From: Armatimonadota bacterium | GTDB lineage: Bacteria > Armatimonadota > SYMT01 | DNA length: 64,000 nucleotides | Assembly (NCBI GenBank): GCA_041690135.1 | Contig: JAWLHY010000003.1 | Coordinates: 64,001-128,000 of the forward strand | Reading direction: 5' to 3' | Shown here: piece by piece, positions 39,698 through 50,567 of the stretch | How positions within the stretch are numbered: position 1 is the stretch's first letter | Layout: every line of letters starts with the position of its first letter | The notes under the pieces: generated by a model | The model's input: only the letters and a program-made list of their open reading frames with translations | The model's database searches: none | Told to the model about the DNA's origin: nothing | Program-made: the position numbers and the translations under genes

Positions 39698-41332
39698 ATG
39701 TCCGTTTCTCGCCGCAAGTTCCTGGTCTACGCCGGCCTCGGCTCCTATGCCACGCTCGCCGGAGCGGCCTCCCAGGCCCGGCTCGCCTTCCCCTCACTCC
39801 GCCGGAAGGGCGAGGGACCGAACTTTCACCCCATCGCGCCGACCACCGCGGATGAGCTCCGCCTGCCGGACGGCTTCCGGTACGACCTGGTGTGCACCTA
39901 CGGGGAGCCTCTCGGCACCTCCGGCCCGCACGGCAAGGAAGTCTTCGGCTACAACAACGACTTCATCGCCTACTTCCCCATCGATGCGCTCCAGGGAGGC
40001 ACCAACAGCCGCGAGGGGCTACTCTGGGTCAATCACGAATATCCCCATCCCCTGTTCGTCAGCGGCTACACCTGGGGCCCGAAGAAGACGGAAGAGCAGA
40101 TCCTCGCCGAAAAGCACTCGGTCGGTGGAAGCGTGATCCACGTCAAGCGCGAGGGGCAGGTCTGGAAGCACCTCCCCGGCTCGCGCTTCACCCGGCGCTT
40201 GACGGCCAACTACCCGAAGATGGCGGTCACCGGACCCGCTTCCGCGCTGCTGCCGGAGGCGGTCGGCACCCTGGCCAACTGCTCCGGGGGCCGCACTCCC
40301 TGGTTCACCGCTCTCTCCTGTGAGGAGAACTACGACTCCTACAACGATGTCCTCGTCCAGGGCAAGTACCGCGGCTATCGCTGGGCGGACGTCCCCGCCC
40401 AGGCGCTGGACGAGCGGCAGTACGGCTGGGTGGTGGAGGTCGATCCGTTCGGGGAGCTGCCGCCCGTAAAGCACAGCGCCCTGGGGCGGTTCGCCCACGA
40501 GAATGCCGCCTGGCGGCTGGCGCCCAGCGGTCAGCTCGTCGTCTACATGGGTGATGACGCCAACGACCAGTACCTCTACAAGTTCGTCAGCGCCGAGCCG
40601 TACCAGGCCCGTGCCTCGCGGGCCGATCGGCGCGAGCTCCTGAGCGCCGGGACCCTCTACGCCGCGGACTTCGCCAACGGTCGCTGGCTACCGCTCGACC
40701 TCAAGCGCAGCGAAGCGCTGCGGAAGGAGGGCTTCAAGAGCCAGGCGGAGGTACTTCTCGAGACGCGGAAGGCGGCCAAAGCGGTGAATGCCACCCCGAT
40801 CGACCGTCCGGAAGACTGCGAGGTCCATCCGCTGGACGGCATCCTCTACGTGGCCCTGACCAACAACTCCAAGCACGGCAACTTCTTCGGGCAGATCGTC
40901 CGGCTGATCGAACACAACGATGACCCGGCCGGGGAATCGTTCCGGTTCGAGATCTTCTTCGCGGGGGGACCGCAGAGCGGCCTCGCCTGCCCCGATAACC
41001 TGGCGTTCGACAGGAGCGGCAATCTCTGGGTGGTCTGCGACATCAGCTCCAGCTCGGCCGGGCGGGGCATCTACGAGCCGTTCGGCAACAACGGGATGTT
41101 CGTGGTCCCCACCTCCGGCCCGGAGGCCGGCGACGCGTTCCAGTTCGCCTCCGGACCGAAGGAGAGCGAGCTGACCGGTCCCTGGTTCACGGAGGACGAG
41201 CAGACGCTGTTTCTCTCGGTGCAGCACCCGGGCGAGGAATCGGCCGGCATGGACCAGTTGAGCAGTCACTGGCCGGACGGCGGTAAGTCCGTACCCCGGC
41301 CGGGGATCGTCGCCATTACCGGCTTCCGCTAA
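39698..41332 (+). CDS. phoX: PhoX-family alkaline phosphatase (DUF839), Tat-exported
   Basis: SRRKFL Tat signal; VNHEY, NCSGG.TPW, CEEN, GRFAHE, DRPED, CPDN and SVQHPGE motifs. Confidence 0.9.
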   Translation: MSVSRRKFLVYAGLGSYATLAGAASQARLAFPSLRRKGEGPNFHPIAPTTADELRLPDGFRYDLVCTYGEPLGTSGPHGKEVFGYNNDFIAYFPIDALQGGTNSREGLLWVNHEYPHPLFVSGYTWGPKKTEEQILAEKHSVGGSVIHVKREGQVWKHLPGSRFTRRLTANYPKMAVTGPASALLPEAVGTLANCSGGRTPWFTALSCEENYDSYNDVLVQGKYRGYRWADVPAQALDERQYGWVVEVDPFGELPPVKHSALGRFAHENAAWRLAPSGQLVVYMGDDANDQYLYKFVSAEPYQARASRADRRELLSAGTLYAADFANGRWLPLDLKRSEALRKEGFKSQAEVLLETRKAAKAVNATPIDRPEDCEVHPLDGILYVALTNNSKHGNFFGQIVRLIEHNDDPAGESFRFEIFFAGGPQSGLACPDNLAFDRSGNLWVVCDISSSSAGRGIYEPFGNNGMFVVPTSGPEAGDAFQFASGPKESELTGPWFTEDEQTLFLSVQHPGEESAGMDQLSSHWPDGGKSVPRPGIVAITGFR

Positions 41333-41399
41333 CTCCCCATCCCGCGGACCGATTCAGGATAAGGCTCCGGTGGGATGGGGAGCCTCCCCGCCGGAGCTC

Positions 41400-43736
41400 T
41401 CAGCCGCCGGTGGGAGCCGAGGCCGCCGACGTGCCCTCCTGGAGGGGCTTCGGATCGCCACTCAACTGGAACGCGGCCCAGAAGTACGGCTGAGGCTGTC
41501 CCTGCTTCACCGCAAGCATTGCCTCGCGGAGAGCATCGTCTTTTCGCCGGCCGGACTTCAAGCCCTGGTAAAAGTGGACCATCAGCTTGCCGGTGGCCGC
41601 GTCGTCCACACTCCAGAGGCTGGCAACGATACTGGGGCAGCCCGCCGCGCGGAACGCCCAGGTGAGGCCCAGGAGCCCCTCGCCGCCGCTCCGCTCGCCC
41701 TGGCCGGTGTCGCAAGCCGAGAGCACCGCCATCTGGGCGGCGAGGCGGATGTTGATCAACTCGCGCGCCTCCAGGAGCTGCGCTTCATCCCGTCCTCCCT
41801 CCGTGGCGAGGAGCAGCCCGGACCGCAGGCCATCCTCCGCATCGAACAGCCCGTGCGTGGCAAAGTGCAGGATCCCGTGGCGCGTCAACTCCGGCAGCAC
41901 CTGCCTGCGGGTCGCCGTTTCCCCCACGAACAGCCGGGCACCGGGGAAAAGTTCGGCCACCGCCTTCCCCTCCGCGCGGGCAGCGGGGAGCGGCGCATTG
42001 CCCGGCGAGCGTGGGTCGGCAGCCACCAGCAGCGGGCCCGAGGCCTTCTCCCGGTCGTCCGGCCAGGTGAGTACGCCAAAGGAGCCGGCGGTCGCCACGG
42101 GTAGCCGCTCGATCAGGCGCTTTCCGTCCGCCGCCATCAACGCGGCCACGGGCGCCGCCAGCAGCGGACCATCGCCCACCAGGACCAGGCGCTGGAACTT
42201 GCCGGGCGCCAGAAGCCCCGCTTTCTCGACGTCGGTAAACAGGGTGCCGTACAGCGCCCGCGCCAGGGCCGGCTCTGCCCGGATGTCCCGTTCCTCGATC
42301 GCCTTGCGCCAGGCGTCGACCTGCTTCTGGACCACGGCCTCACCACCATTGAGGACGAAGCTTTTCACCCCTTCCTTCTGCGAGAGCGTGAACAACAGGG
42401 AGGTCGCTTCAGCGCCCACGGCCCATTGCAGGTAAAGAGTGTCGGGGTTACCCGCAGCCAGCGCCTTCAAGTCGGCGATCGTCGGCGGTGCGGCGCCGCT
42501 CATCCGCCGGTAGGCAGGGTAGCGCGCCCCCAACTCTGCCCGCAGGGCTGCCAACTGGCGCTCCGAATCGTCATAGCGACGGCGGGCGCTGAGGATCTGC
42601 TGCGTGGCGGGCGAACTGCCGGCGCCGTCCGCCAGGAACTCCAGGCCCTCTGTTTTCCGCATTTCGGCGCCCGCGGCACTAAACGCGGTGAGCGCCGCCT
42701 GGAGGCGGCGGCCGTCCGCCGGCCCCAGCACCCGGCTGTAGTCCGCGCGGGTCTGGGCCGCCTGGCGCGCCAGCCCCTGGCTTCGCCCCCGCTCCAGCAC
42801 CGTGAGCGCCTCCTCGGGCTTGCCCTGGTCGATGAGCGTGTGCGCGTACCTACGGTACAGGGAAGAACGGAACCAGTCCTGGTAGTCGCCCACCCGGCTG
42901 GCGTCCCGAATCTCCCGGCTGACCACTTCGTGATGTAATATTGCCTCGGCGAATGCGGAGGCCGCCGGCGCCAGTTTGCGCTGATCGTAATAGATCAGGG
43001 CCAGGTTGGTCAGGCTGGTCGCCAGCTCGTCGCGGGTGGCGAACCGGCGCTTCAGCTCCACCGCCTGCGCGAGGTAGCGGGTGGCCAGGTCATAGTCGCC
43101 CTTGCCCTTCCCCGTGGCCCCCAGGTTATTGAGTACCCGCGCGATGCCTCGCAACTCCCCCGTGGGCTGGATCACCGCGAGGGCTCGCGTCTGGTACTGC
43201 AGCGCCTGGTCGAACTTTCGCATCCGGGCATACGCCTGCCCGAGCCCGTCCAAAGAGGCACTCAGGGCTTTCCGGTCCCCGCGGGCCTGGTCGATCTCCA
43301 CGCACTGGGTCAGGTAGCGGATCGCCAGTTGCGCCTGCCCCGAATCGGTGGCAATCGCGGCGAGACTACCCAGCAGGCGCGAGATCCCGGCCGCATCCGC
43401 CGGATCGGTCAGCGAGAGCGCCCGGTCGTAATACTCCAGCGCCTTCCGGTCCTGTCCCAGCACCCGGTAGACCAGGCCGATGTTGCTGAGGCTGGCCGAA
43501 GTCCCTCGCCGGTCACCCAAGCGCTGGAAGAGGTCTAGCGAGCGCTGGAACAGGCTGAGTGCCCGGTCGTACTGACCCGCCTCGAAGGCCTTGCCTCCCT
43601 GGTTGTGAAGCGCCGCGGCGGCGGCCCGGGGGTCTTCCTGCGCTCGCAGGGGAAGCACGCCCAACGTGAGACAGACCAGCAGGGCTAGAAGAGTGGGAAC
43701 AACCGTGCGGGAGAGATAGGGAACAGGTGCGCGCAT
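41400..43736 (-). CDS. CHAT-domain (caspase-like) protease with TPRs and signal peptide
   Basis: LHFATHG and VLSACDTG dyad, ASLWSVDD, PYFWAAF; N-terminal hydrophobic signal. Confidence 0.9.
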   Translation of the reverse strand: MRAPVPYLSRTVVPTLLALLVCLTLGVLPLRAQEDPRAAAAALHNQGGKAFEAGQYDRALSLFQRSLDLFQRLGDRRGTSASLSNIGLVYRVLGQDRKALEYYDRALSLTDPADAAGISRLLGSLAAIATDSGQAQLAIRYLTQCVEIDQARGDRKALSASLDGLGQAYARMRKFDQALQYQTRALAVIQPTGELRGIARVLNNLGATGKGKGDYDLATRYLAQAVELKRRFATRDELATSLTNLALIYYDQRKLAPAASAFAEAILHHEVVSREIRDASRVGDYQDWFRSSLYRRYAHTLIDQGKPEEALTVLERGRSQGLARQAAQTRADYSRVLGPADGRRLQAALTAFSAAGAEMRKTEGLEFLADGAGSSPATQQILSARRRYDDSERQLAALRAELGARYPAYRRMSGAAPPTIADLKALAAGNPDTLYLQWAVGAEATSLLFTLSQKEGVKSFVLNGGEAVVQKQVDAWRKAIEERDIRAEPALARALYGTLFTDVEKAGLLAPGKFQRLVLVGDGPLLAAPVAALMAADGKRLIERLPVATAGSFGVLTWPDDREKASGPLLVAADPRSPGNAPLPAARAEGKAVAELFPGARLFVGETATRRQVLPELTRHGILHFATHGLFDAEDGLRSGLLLATEGGRDEAQLLEARELINIRLAAQMAVLSACDTGQGERSGGEGLLGLTWAFRAAGCPSIVASLWSVDDAATGKLMVHFYQGLKSGRRKDDALREAMLAVKQGQPQPYFWAAFQLSGDPKPLQEGTSAASAPTGG

Positions 43737-43997
43737 CGGGCCCTCCCAGTATGCATTGGGGGTTACCTTACTGCGGCTGGGACACCCTGCGGCGAACGCT
43801 TGTTACAGACGGATTACAGGCATGCGGAATGAGGAAACGGGGTGTTCCATGAGGTCACTTCGGTCTGACTCCGTTTCACCCGGGTTAGCCGAAAGGGGAC
43901 ACGGATCTCGTGCTGTTTCAGTCCGCGGTTTTCACCACCTGGGGTACAACCGTTCCCCCTCAACCCGAGTGCGGCCCAGAAGCACCGACCGGAGGGC

Positions 43998-44507
43998 CTA
44001 GGGTTCCGGCAGCCCCTTCTCCCCCACGGGCTTCTCCACGGGCCAGCGGGGCCTTTCGAACTTCGGGGCGTCTCCCGAAAAGACGCAGATCAGCACATCC
44101 CGGGACAGTACGCGCAGGTAGGCCGGGTCCGGTTTCTCACCGCCGGACATCACCAGTACCGGGCCCTGCAGCCCCACCAGTTTCCGGGCCTCCCCCAGCG
44201 TGAGGGGCTTCCCTCCTCCGGTCATCAGCAGGACGTCTTTCAGGCTCACGGGAACCTGGATTCGGTAGGAGGAGCCGCTCGGCTTACCCTGCGGTGTGGC
44301 GGGCAGGCGGGTCACGTTCCGGTAACTCTGAACCAGAAGCTCGCCCGCCTCGTTGATTCCGGACACCATGAGGAAGTTGGGAGGGGTTCGGACGGCCTCC
44401 GCGGACCCGGCTGGACAGTGGGAGGCGACGGTTAACGCGCAGGCAACCAGAACCGTCGGCAACCCGAACAGGGAACGGCGACGCAGAAAACTGGGGGATT
44501 TCATCAT
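43998..44507 (-). CDS. Secreted hypothetical protein
   Basis: Signal-like N-terminus (RRRSLF + hydrophobic stretch); GGAGG RBS. Confidence 0.6.
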   Translation of the reverse strand: MMKSPSFLRRRSLFGLPTVLVACALTVASHCPAGSAEAVRTPPNFLMVSGINEAGELLVQSYRNVTRLPATPQGKPSGSSYRIQVPVSLKDVLLMTGGGKPLTLGEARKLVGLQGPVLVMSGGEKPDPAYLRVLSRDVLICVFSGDAPKFERPRWPVEKPVGEKGLPEP

Positions 44508-44708
44508 ACGAACCTCCCGCGGTGCTTGGCCCACTTTGGTTAGGACGCACCTCTCCAGACCACGGTTGCATCCGGACGGCTAAGTATTTTCAAGCCAAGC
44601 ATCCTGGTCACTGGACCATCGGAGTCCGCGACGGCGGACTTCGGTCAGTCAGCCACGGATTTGAATCCGGGGGTGCCGGTCACGGGCACCCGGCGTGCGC
44701 TCAATTAA

Positions 44709-45050
44709 TCAACTCACGTGCCCGTCCGCGTGGAGAGCGATGGCTCGCGTCAGAAGTGCGAGGCGCTCTGCTTCCAGGTGAAACAGCCGCCCGTTGAGGA
44801 GCCCGGCAAAGGCGGCGGCTCTCCGTCCATGGTCCGGGTCGGCGCCTTCATCCCATCGGTGGGTATCGTGGAGGATGGCAAAGAGGCGCACGACTTCCAT
44901 ATCGGCGCCGGTTCGCCCGGCAATCCAGATCCCGGCCTTCTCCACACGCCGCCAGTGGGCCGGCCCATGAACGGACTGCCCCCCCGGTGTGAAAGTCTCG
45001 CGGGCGTAGGTCCACACCTGACTGAAATCGATGTCGTTGGGTAGGCTCAA
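44709..45050 (-). pseudogene. HD-domain protein, apparently C-terminally truncated
   Basis: HGPAHW, LHD and DHG motifs; ends at HADGHVS before the usual DADRLD motif. Confidence 0.6.
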
Positions 45051-45055
45051 GCCGG

Positions 45056-45631
45056 TTACGCTTTCCCACGAGGCTCGACGGGTGACTTCTGGGTTCGGAT
45101 GATCCCCAGCGCTCTCTCCAGGGAAAGGGCTCTCCCACCCCTCTTGCCAGGAACGACCGGCACCTCCCCCGGCGCCTCAACGTCGAAGGGCAGTACCACG
45201 TGGGTCCGCCCCTGGACAGTTCGCAACGGCATGCGCCCCCGTCCGGAATGGGCCAGGGTGTATAGCGGTTTCACCGGCACCCGCGCGCCCGGCTGGCGAT
45301 AACCTTTGCGGGAGAACCGGTCGGTTTCGGCCCGGTTGAGGAACAGCAGCACGGTTTCTCCGCGGACCGCGGTGCTCATGTCGCAGGACCAGGTAGGCCC
45401 AGCCACGAAGTGGAGGGGACCCTGGCCCAGGTTCCCCTTGAGGACCCGCGTGGGCACGGCCCGCGCCACCGGCAGCCCGTCGAAAGAGGGAACCCCCTCC
45501 ACCCGCGCGATGACGATGGCATCGGCATTCCGTGCCAGGTCTACCAGCGTGGTGCGGGCCACCCTTGCCTGGGCCGGCACTGCCAGCACCGAAGCCATCA
45601 GCAGGGCTACCTTGACATACTCGAATGTCAT
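45056..45631 (-). CDS. Secreted hypothetical protein
   Basis: Signal peptide (AQA); LVDLARNADAIVIARV. Confidence 0.6.
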   Translation of the reverse strand: MTFEYVKVALLMASVLAVPAQARVARTTLVDLARNADAIVIARVEGVPSFDGLPVARAVPTRVLKGNLGQGPLHFVAGPTWSCDMSTAVRGETVLLFLNRAETDRFSRKGYRQPGARVPVKPLYTLAHSGRGRMPLRTVQGRTHVVLPFDVEAPGEVPVVPGKRGGRALSLERALGIIRTQKSPVEPRGKA

Positions 45632-45786
45632 ATGACGCTCTCCGCCTGAGGACCTACCAACGGACCGCTGCACTCAGGTTAGCCGAAGCAGGCGGGCGCC
45701 CGCTACCCACGGAGTGGGTGTGGGCAGTCGCCGTGTGTAGGCGTGAGTTTACTCGCCCAACTGCAACAGTAGTTTCCTGGTAGTCC

Positions 45787-46653
45787 CTAAAACCCGTAGA
45801 ACGGATGCTGCCACCAGCCGGTGGGCATCCAGATTTCCCGGTCGTAATGATGGACGAGACCGCCGCGCCGCAGGTTGCGCTCGCTGGCGGAGTCGATCGC
45901 CACCAGGGCCATGGCCAGGGTGCAGCCGGCCTCGCGCCCCTCGGCCAGGCGCCGGGCGATCAGGGCCGTCTGGCAGCCGCGGCCCCGGAACGGTTCCAGG
46001 GTGGCGGCATGGCAGAGATACGCCACGCCCTGGTCCAGGAATAGCTCGGCCCAGGCCGCGGGCTCGCCCTCGATCCGCAGGAGGTAGCCCCGGTAACGCG
46101 AATCCCGCAGCCGTCGCCGGGCAGCTTGCGCGCGGAGATCGCGCAATTCCGGGTCGCCGGGCCAGATCCGGTCCGCCAGGTCGGCCAGGAGCCCGCCCTC
46201 CTCCGGGGCCAGCCGGACGATCTCACCGGGGGCGCCGGCAAGGCTGGGCAGGCTCTCGGGTATGGGACCCCACAACACCCGGCGAGAGAGGAACGGCAGC
46301 GTCTGCGGCTCCAGCCCCCGCTCCACAAGGGCTGGAGCGAGGGGAGCGGCGTGTGCGGGCGGGCTCACGTCGATCCGGGCCGGAACGTCCCGCTCCGCAT
46401 ACCACGCCAGCACCGCATCCACCGCATCCAGCGGCGGGTCGCCGGGGTCCGTTTCGCGGAAGCCGAAAGAGCGGTTGTGGAGCGAGGTCTTCGAGGTGCG
46501 CTGAAGGATTGCCAGGACACTCCCGAACCGGGTCCACTCGGCACCGGCCGGGTTGTCGGCGGTGGTGAGGGCCTGGAGGGAAACCTCGGCATGCGCGGCT
46601 TCGACCCGATCGAGAAGATACGCTGTCCTTGGCGAAGTCATGGATGATGTCAC
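45787..46653 (-). CDS. GNAT family N-acetyltransferase
   Basis: AATLEPFRGRGCQTALI and SERNLRRGG motifs. Confidence 0.85.
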   Translation of the reverse strand: MTSSMTSPRTAYLLDRVEAAHAEVSLQALTTADNPAGAEWTRFGSVLAILQRTSKTSLHNRSFGFRETDPGDPPLDAVDAVLAWYAERDVPARIDVSPPAHAAPLAPALVERGLEPQTLPFLSRRVLWGPIPESLPSLAGAPGEIVRLAPEEGGLLADLADRIWPGDPELRDLRAQAARRRLRDSRYRGYLLRIEGEPAAWAELFLDQGVAYLCHAATLEPFRGRGCQTALIARRLAEGREAGCTLAMALVAIDSASERNLRRGGLVHHYDREIWMPTGWWQHPFYGF

Positions 46654-47612
46654 TCGCTCTGGCCGCTCTTTGTGAACCGCTGGCTGATGTCGCGCCAGGC
46701 AAACTCGGCGGGGCGTGGCGAGCCTTCTGCAAAGGCAGTCAGAATCTCCTTCACATGGCCCGCACTGAGGCGCTCGTTCTTCCGCACGGTCACCCTGTAT
46801 CCGTTGGTCGGTATGGCAACCATTCCGAAACCACGCACCCCCGGAAGTCCGGCCACCCAGTGGCGGAAGTTCTCGCCGGTGTACTCGCGCCACTCTGCGG
46901 TATACACGCCGTCTCCGCCCGCTACCTGGGCGTAGTCTTCTCCCCGCCCCTCAAGCACCAGGAAGCTGGGGCCGCCCCGCGGCGTCATCCGATCCACCGC
47001 GGTCCGGATGGACTCCAGCCCGGGAGCCTCCCGGTCGGGCTCGTCTTCGACCGTGAGCTTGAGCCCCAACATCCCTTCGCGCGGGCCGCGTTCGTCCAGC
47101 ACTTCGAAGGGCCTGGTCTCCGCGCCGGCAATATCCTGATCGTATCGGAACCCGGTGATGGCCCGGAAAGCCTCCACCGGCGCATCGAAGAAGATTGCGG
47201 TCGCCGGATCCAGGCTTTGTTCCTCGTGCAGGCGTTCGAGAAGCGATGTCACCTCCCGTGGCAATTCTCCCCGGGTGTGTAGAGAACCCCCATCCGTCGC
47301 CGAATCGAAACGGAGCGCCCAGCCCTCTCGCCCCCCACTCCACGCGGACATGGCGGAAGACGCTTCCCGTTCGTTCACCTCGCAGGCAACCACCTCCCCG
47401 GCGTTGGAAAGGCGTTCCAACGCGGGCTCGCGGATGAACCGGTGTCCTGCCTGGTTACAGAAGAGGAGTAGCCAATCGCCGGGCAGCCGGGCCGCGAGAA
47501 GCGGTGCCTCGGGCACCTCCTCGCGCTTGCCGGTGGGAGTCACGCCCAATTCTGAAAAGACCACCTCCGGCATCTTCCCGCGAACCGCGAGGTAGGAGAC
47601 TACGTAGCCCAT
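46650..47612 (-). CDS. Two-domain hypothetical protein
   Basis: MGYVVSYLAVRGK... with GAGGG RBS; coupled to neighbouring genes. Confidence 0.7.
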   Translation of the reverse strand: MGYVVSYLAVRGKMPEVVFSELGVTPTGKREEVPEAPLLAARLPGDWLLLFCNQAGHRFIREPALERLSNAGEVVACEVNEREASSAMSAWSGGREGWALRFDSATDGGSLHTRGELPREVTSLLERLHEEQSLDPATAIFFDAPVEAFRAITGFRYDQDIAGAETRPFEVLDERGPREGMLGLKLTVEDEPDREAPGLESIRTAVDRMTPRGGPSFLVLEGRGEDYAQVAGGDGVYTAEWREYTGENFRHWVAGLPGVRGFGMVAIPTNGYRVTVRKNERLSAGHVKEILTAFAEGSPRPAEFAWRDISQRFTKSGQSE

Positions 47613-47626
47613 ATGGGTGCCCTCTC

Positions 47627-50365
47627 TCAGTCCGAGGCTAACAGTCCGTTGAACAAGAGCTTGAACGTGCCGTGCGGCTGGGCGCGGAAGGTGATCTCCG
47701 GACCGAACAGGTAGAGGCGGCCCTTCCCCACCGGCGCTTCCACCACGCTGGCGGCGTCTTCCAGGTAGTGCTGCCCCCAGGCCCAGCCGCTGCGGAGGGG
47801 TGTTTTGCCCTCGTACCAGCCCACGCGGCGGACTCCTCGTGCGGCGGCGTCCGGGCCGAGGCGGAAGGCGGGGCTCTCGTCGAACATTACGTCCACCTGC
47901 TTCGGCATGCCGTAGGCGATGGGGCGCGTGGGGTCGATCCGGCTGCGGAGGAGAGAGCCGGGGATGTAGTACTTCTCCTTCGGCAGCTTTTTGGAGGGGT
48001 TCTCCGGGTCGACGAGCGCGTCCGTGACCGGGAGGCCGAGGTGGTAGGCGAGTTGCGTGGAGCTGCCCACCGTAAGGACCGTCCCGCCATCCTCCAGGAA
48101 CTTCCGGAGCTGCGGCACGGTATCGGCTACGGTAACGGAACCGAGCCAGGAGTGGTACTCGGCCGGAATGGAGGCGAGGTTCGGCCCGGTGTTGCGGCCG
48201 GAGTCGCGAACGGGAATGGCGCCGGTCATGAAGATGATGGCGTCGTACTTCCGGCGGAGGTCCCCCGCGTCCAGCGCCTGGGGATAGACCACCTCGAAGG
48301 GGAACTCGAACTGCTCCAGCAGCCACCGGCACCAGCCCGAGGGCATCGAGCCGCCGTAGCGGTCCCACAGGGCGATCCGCGGGACGCGCAGCTTCACGGC
48401 ACCTTCGGGTCGGGCAGCGACCGCCTGGAAGCTGACGCCGAGATCCCGTGCCAGCTTCTCGATCCGTTCTTCCACCCCCGCCCCGCCGGGAATATAGAAG
48501 TCCCCCGCCTGCGCCCCACTGGAACCGGCCGTCGCCAGGGTGTAGACCTCCTGCCCCTGCTTCTGGAGACGGTTCACGGCCCGGAACGAGTCGTTGGCCT
48601 TCCGGCTCAAGAGGTACCCCGCGAGGCGGGAGGCGGCCTTTTCGATCCGCCCCGCCACGGACGCGGGACCTTCGAGCCGCTCGAACGGGCCGTCGAACCC
48701 GTCGAGGATGCGGTCGAACCGCACGCCCATCTGGAAGGCGAGCGTCCAGCCGGCGCTATCATAAGGGGCGATGGGCGGGCCGCCGGGATACTGGAAGTCG
48801 TTCGGGTGGTCCTGCGGCTCGAACATGTCGAGCACGTGCGGCCGGAACGCCTGCGCGGTCTTCACCACCAGCGAGCCGGCCGGGTAGCTCTTCCCCGCCA
48901 CGGTGAAGTCACGGGTCGCCCGGTGGACGATGACCCCCGTCTCCATCAGCGTGTTGGCGAACTTCACGGCAGTGAGGAAGTCCGGCTGGTCGGCGGGCAG
49001 GATGTAGCCGCGGGCATCGCGCGCGGCGGGATCGCGCAGGGGATCGCCGCCGGAATCGCCGCCGTTCCGCTTCGCCTCCGCCCGGCGGGCCGCCTCGACC
49101 TGGCTCGGGGTGATGGTCCAATGGTCCCGGCTGCCGCGCTCGATGCTGTTCCGGCCCATCCGGTAGATGTTGTGGAGGAAGGTCTCGCGGTACCGGGATG
49201 CCACGTCCAGCACGGCGTAGTTGGCGGTTACGGAGTAGTCCACCGACTGCCGGAACCGCCACTCCTGCGGCGCGATGGGGAACGGCTGATCGCCGTTCGG
49301 GAGGCGCCGGCTGAGGACCGAGGGGATCCGCATGGGGTTTGGGTGGCCGATGGTCTCGGTCAACAGCCCGATCATGTTGTGAAAGTAGGTGGTGGTCCGC
49401 AGGCCGCCGTTCCACCAGGTGGAGTAGTTGGCGCCCTTCCGCATGGTAACTCCCGGCTTGTTCTCCGCGGCGAAGCGGCTGTGCATCGCCGCCCCGACCA
49501 GGTCGATGCCGGTCACCACCAGCGGGTCGTAGAAGTAGTTGAACGGGTCCCGGAACGGCGGCGCGAACATCACTGTGCCGGCGGGACCGGTCTGGTGATG
49601 GTTGTAAACGATCTGCGGGAGCCACTCGTGATACATCACCCGGTTCATGTTCCGGGTCTCGGCCTGGGTGCTGGCGTAGAAGTCGCGGTTGTTGTCGTGG
49701 CCGATGTACTTCTGGTAGAGGCGCGGCACGTTCGCGGTGGAGCGCTTCGTGAGGTCCGGGGTGCGGGTGTACCAGTCCGAAAGGAGGTCGTGCCCGTCCG
49801 GATTGGCGTGGACCGCCAGCACGATCACGTCGTTCAGGATGCGCAGGGTTTCCGGGTCCCGCCGGCTCACCAACTGGTAAACCGTCTCCATGAGCTGCTG
49901 CGCGCCCAGTACCTCGCTGGCGTGGAGGCCGCCGTCGATCCAGACCACCGCCTTTCCCTCTCGCGCCAGCTTTCGGGCTTCTTCTTCCCCCAGGTCCTCG
50001 GCGCGGGCCAGGCGCCGGGCGATGTTCCGGTACTGCTCCAGCCGCTGCAGGTTCTTCGGCGCGCTCACGATCGCCATCCACTGGCGGCGACCTTCCGCCG
50101 TAGTCCCGATATCCACCACCTTCATCCGGTCCGACTCGCGGTCCAGCTTCTGCCAGTACTCCGTGAGCTGGTGGTAATTTGGCAACTGGTAGTCCGCCCC
50201 GATCGCGTGCCCGAAGAACTGGACCGGGGTGGTGACCTTTTCGGAGGCCGCGGCGGAATGTCCCGCTCGGGGCGCGGCCACCGCGCCGGCGGCGAGGGCC
50301 AGGGCCAGCCCCCAGGTGGTGAGGCTGCGGCCGGGGATGTGGGGGGAAGGATGAGAGGGGCGCAT
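47627..50365 (-). CDS. Secreted M14-family zinc metallopeptidase
   Basis: GGLHASE, NPDG, HDNNRD and HHQ motifs; AGGAG RBS. Confidence 0.9.
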   Translation of the reverse strand: MRPSHPSPHIPGRSLTTWGLALALAAGAVAAPRAGHSAAASEKVTTPVQFFGHAIGADYQLPNYHQLTEYWQKLDRESDRMKVVDIGTTAEGRRQWMAIVSAPKNLQRLEQYRNIARRLARAEDLGEEEARKLAREGKAVVWIDGGLHASEVLGAQQLMETVYQLVSRRDPETLRILNDVIVLAVHANPDGHDLLSDWYTRTPDLTKRSTANVPRLYQKYIGHDNNRDFYASTQAETRNMNRVMYHEWLPQIVYNHHQTGPAGTVMFAPPFRDPFNYFYDPLVVTGIDLVGAAMHSRFAAENKPGVTMRKGANYSTWWNGGLRTTTYFHNMIGLLTETIGHPNPMRIPSVLSRRLPNGDQPFPIAPQEWRFRQSVDYSVTANYAVLDVASRYRETFLHNIYRMGRNSIERGSRDHWTITPSQVEAARRAEAKRNGGDSGGDPLRDPAARDARGYILPADQPDFLTAVKFANTLMETGVIVHRATRDFTVAGKSYPAGSLVVKTAQAFRPHVLDMFEPQDHPNDFQYPGGPPIAPYDSAGWTLAFQMGVRFDRILDGFDGPFERLEGPASVAGRIEKAASRLAGYLLSRKANDSFRAVNRLQKQGQEVYTLATAGSSGAQAGDFYIPGGAGVEERIEKLARDLGVSFQAVAARPEGAVKLRVPRIALWDRYGGSMPSGWCRWLLEQFEFPFEVVYPQALDAGDLRRKYDAIIFMTGAIPVRDSGRNTGPNLASIPAEYHSWLGSVTVADTVPQLRKFLEDGGTVLTVGSSTQLAYHLGLPVTDALVDPENPSKKLPKEKYYIPGSLLRSRIDPTRPIAYGMPKQVDVMFDESPAFRLGPDAAARGVRRVGWYEGKTPLRSGWAWGQHYLEDAASVVEAPVGKGRLYLFGPEITFRAQPHGTFKLLFNGLLASD

Positions 50366-50567
50366 GGAAACTCCTGGAATAGCGGGGTGACAGGTGTCTG
50401 TTCTTCCTCCCGACCCGGAAATCCCTGCCCGTGCCTGCGGCTGATTAGGGTAAGGATTACGATTAGGGTAGGGCTGGGACAGGGCACGGGGGTGTGGGGC
50501 GAAAGCAGGGGATTGCCGGCCCGAAGAACAACGAGGAAGGGGAGAATTTTCCGAGCGAGGAGAAGGG

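Noticed and set aside
44709-44711. UGA at the end of the HD gene as selenocysteine
   Set aside because: The read-through sequence does not resemble the HD C-terminus, closes after 19 codons and is not at a Cys position.
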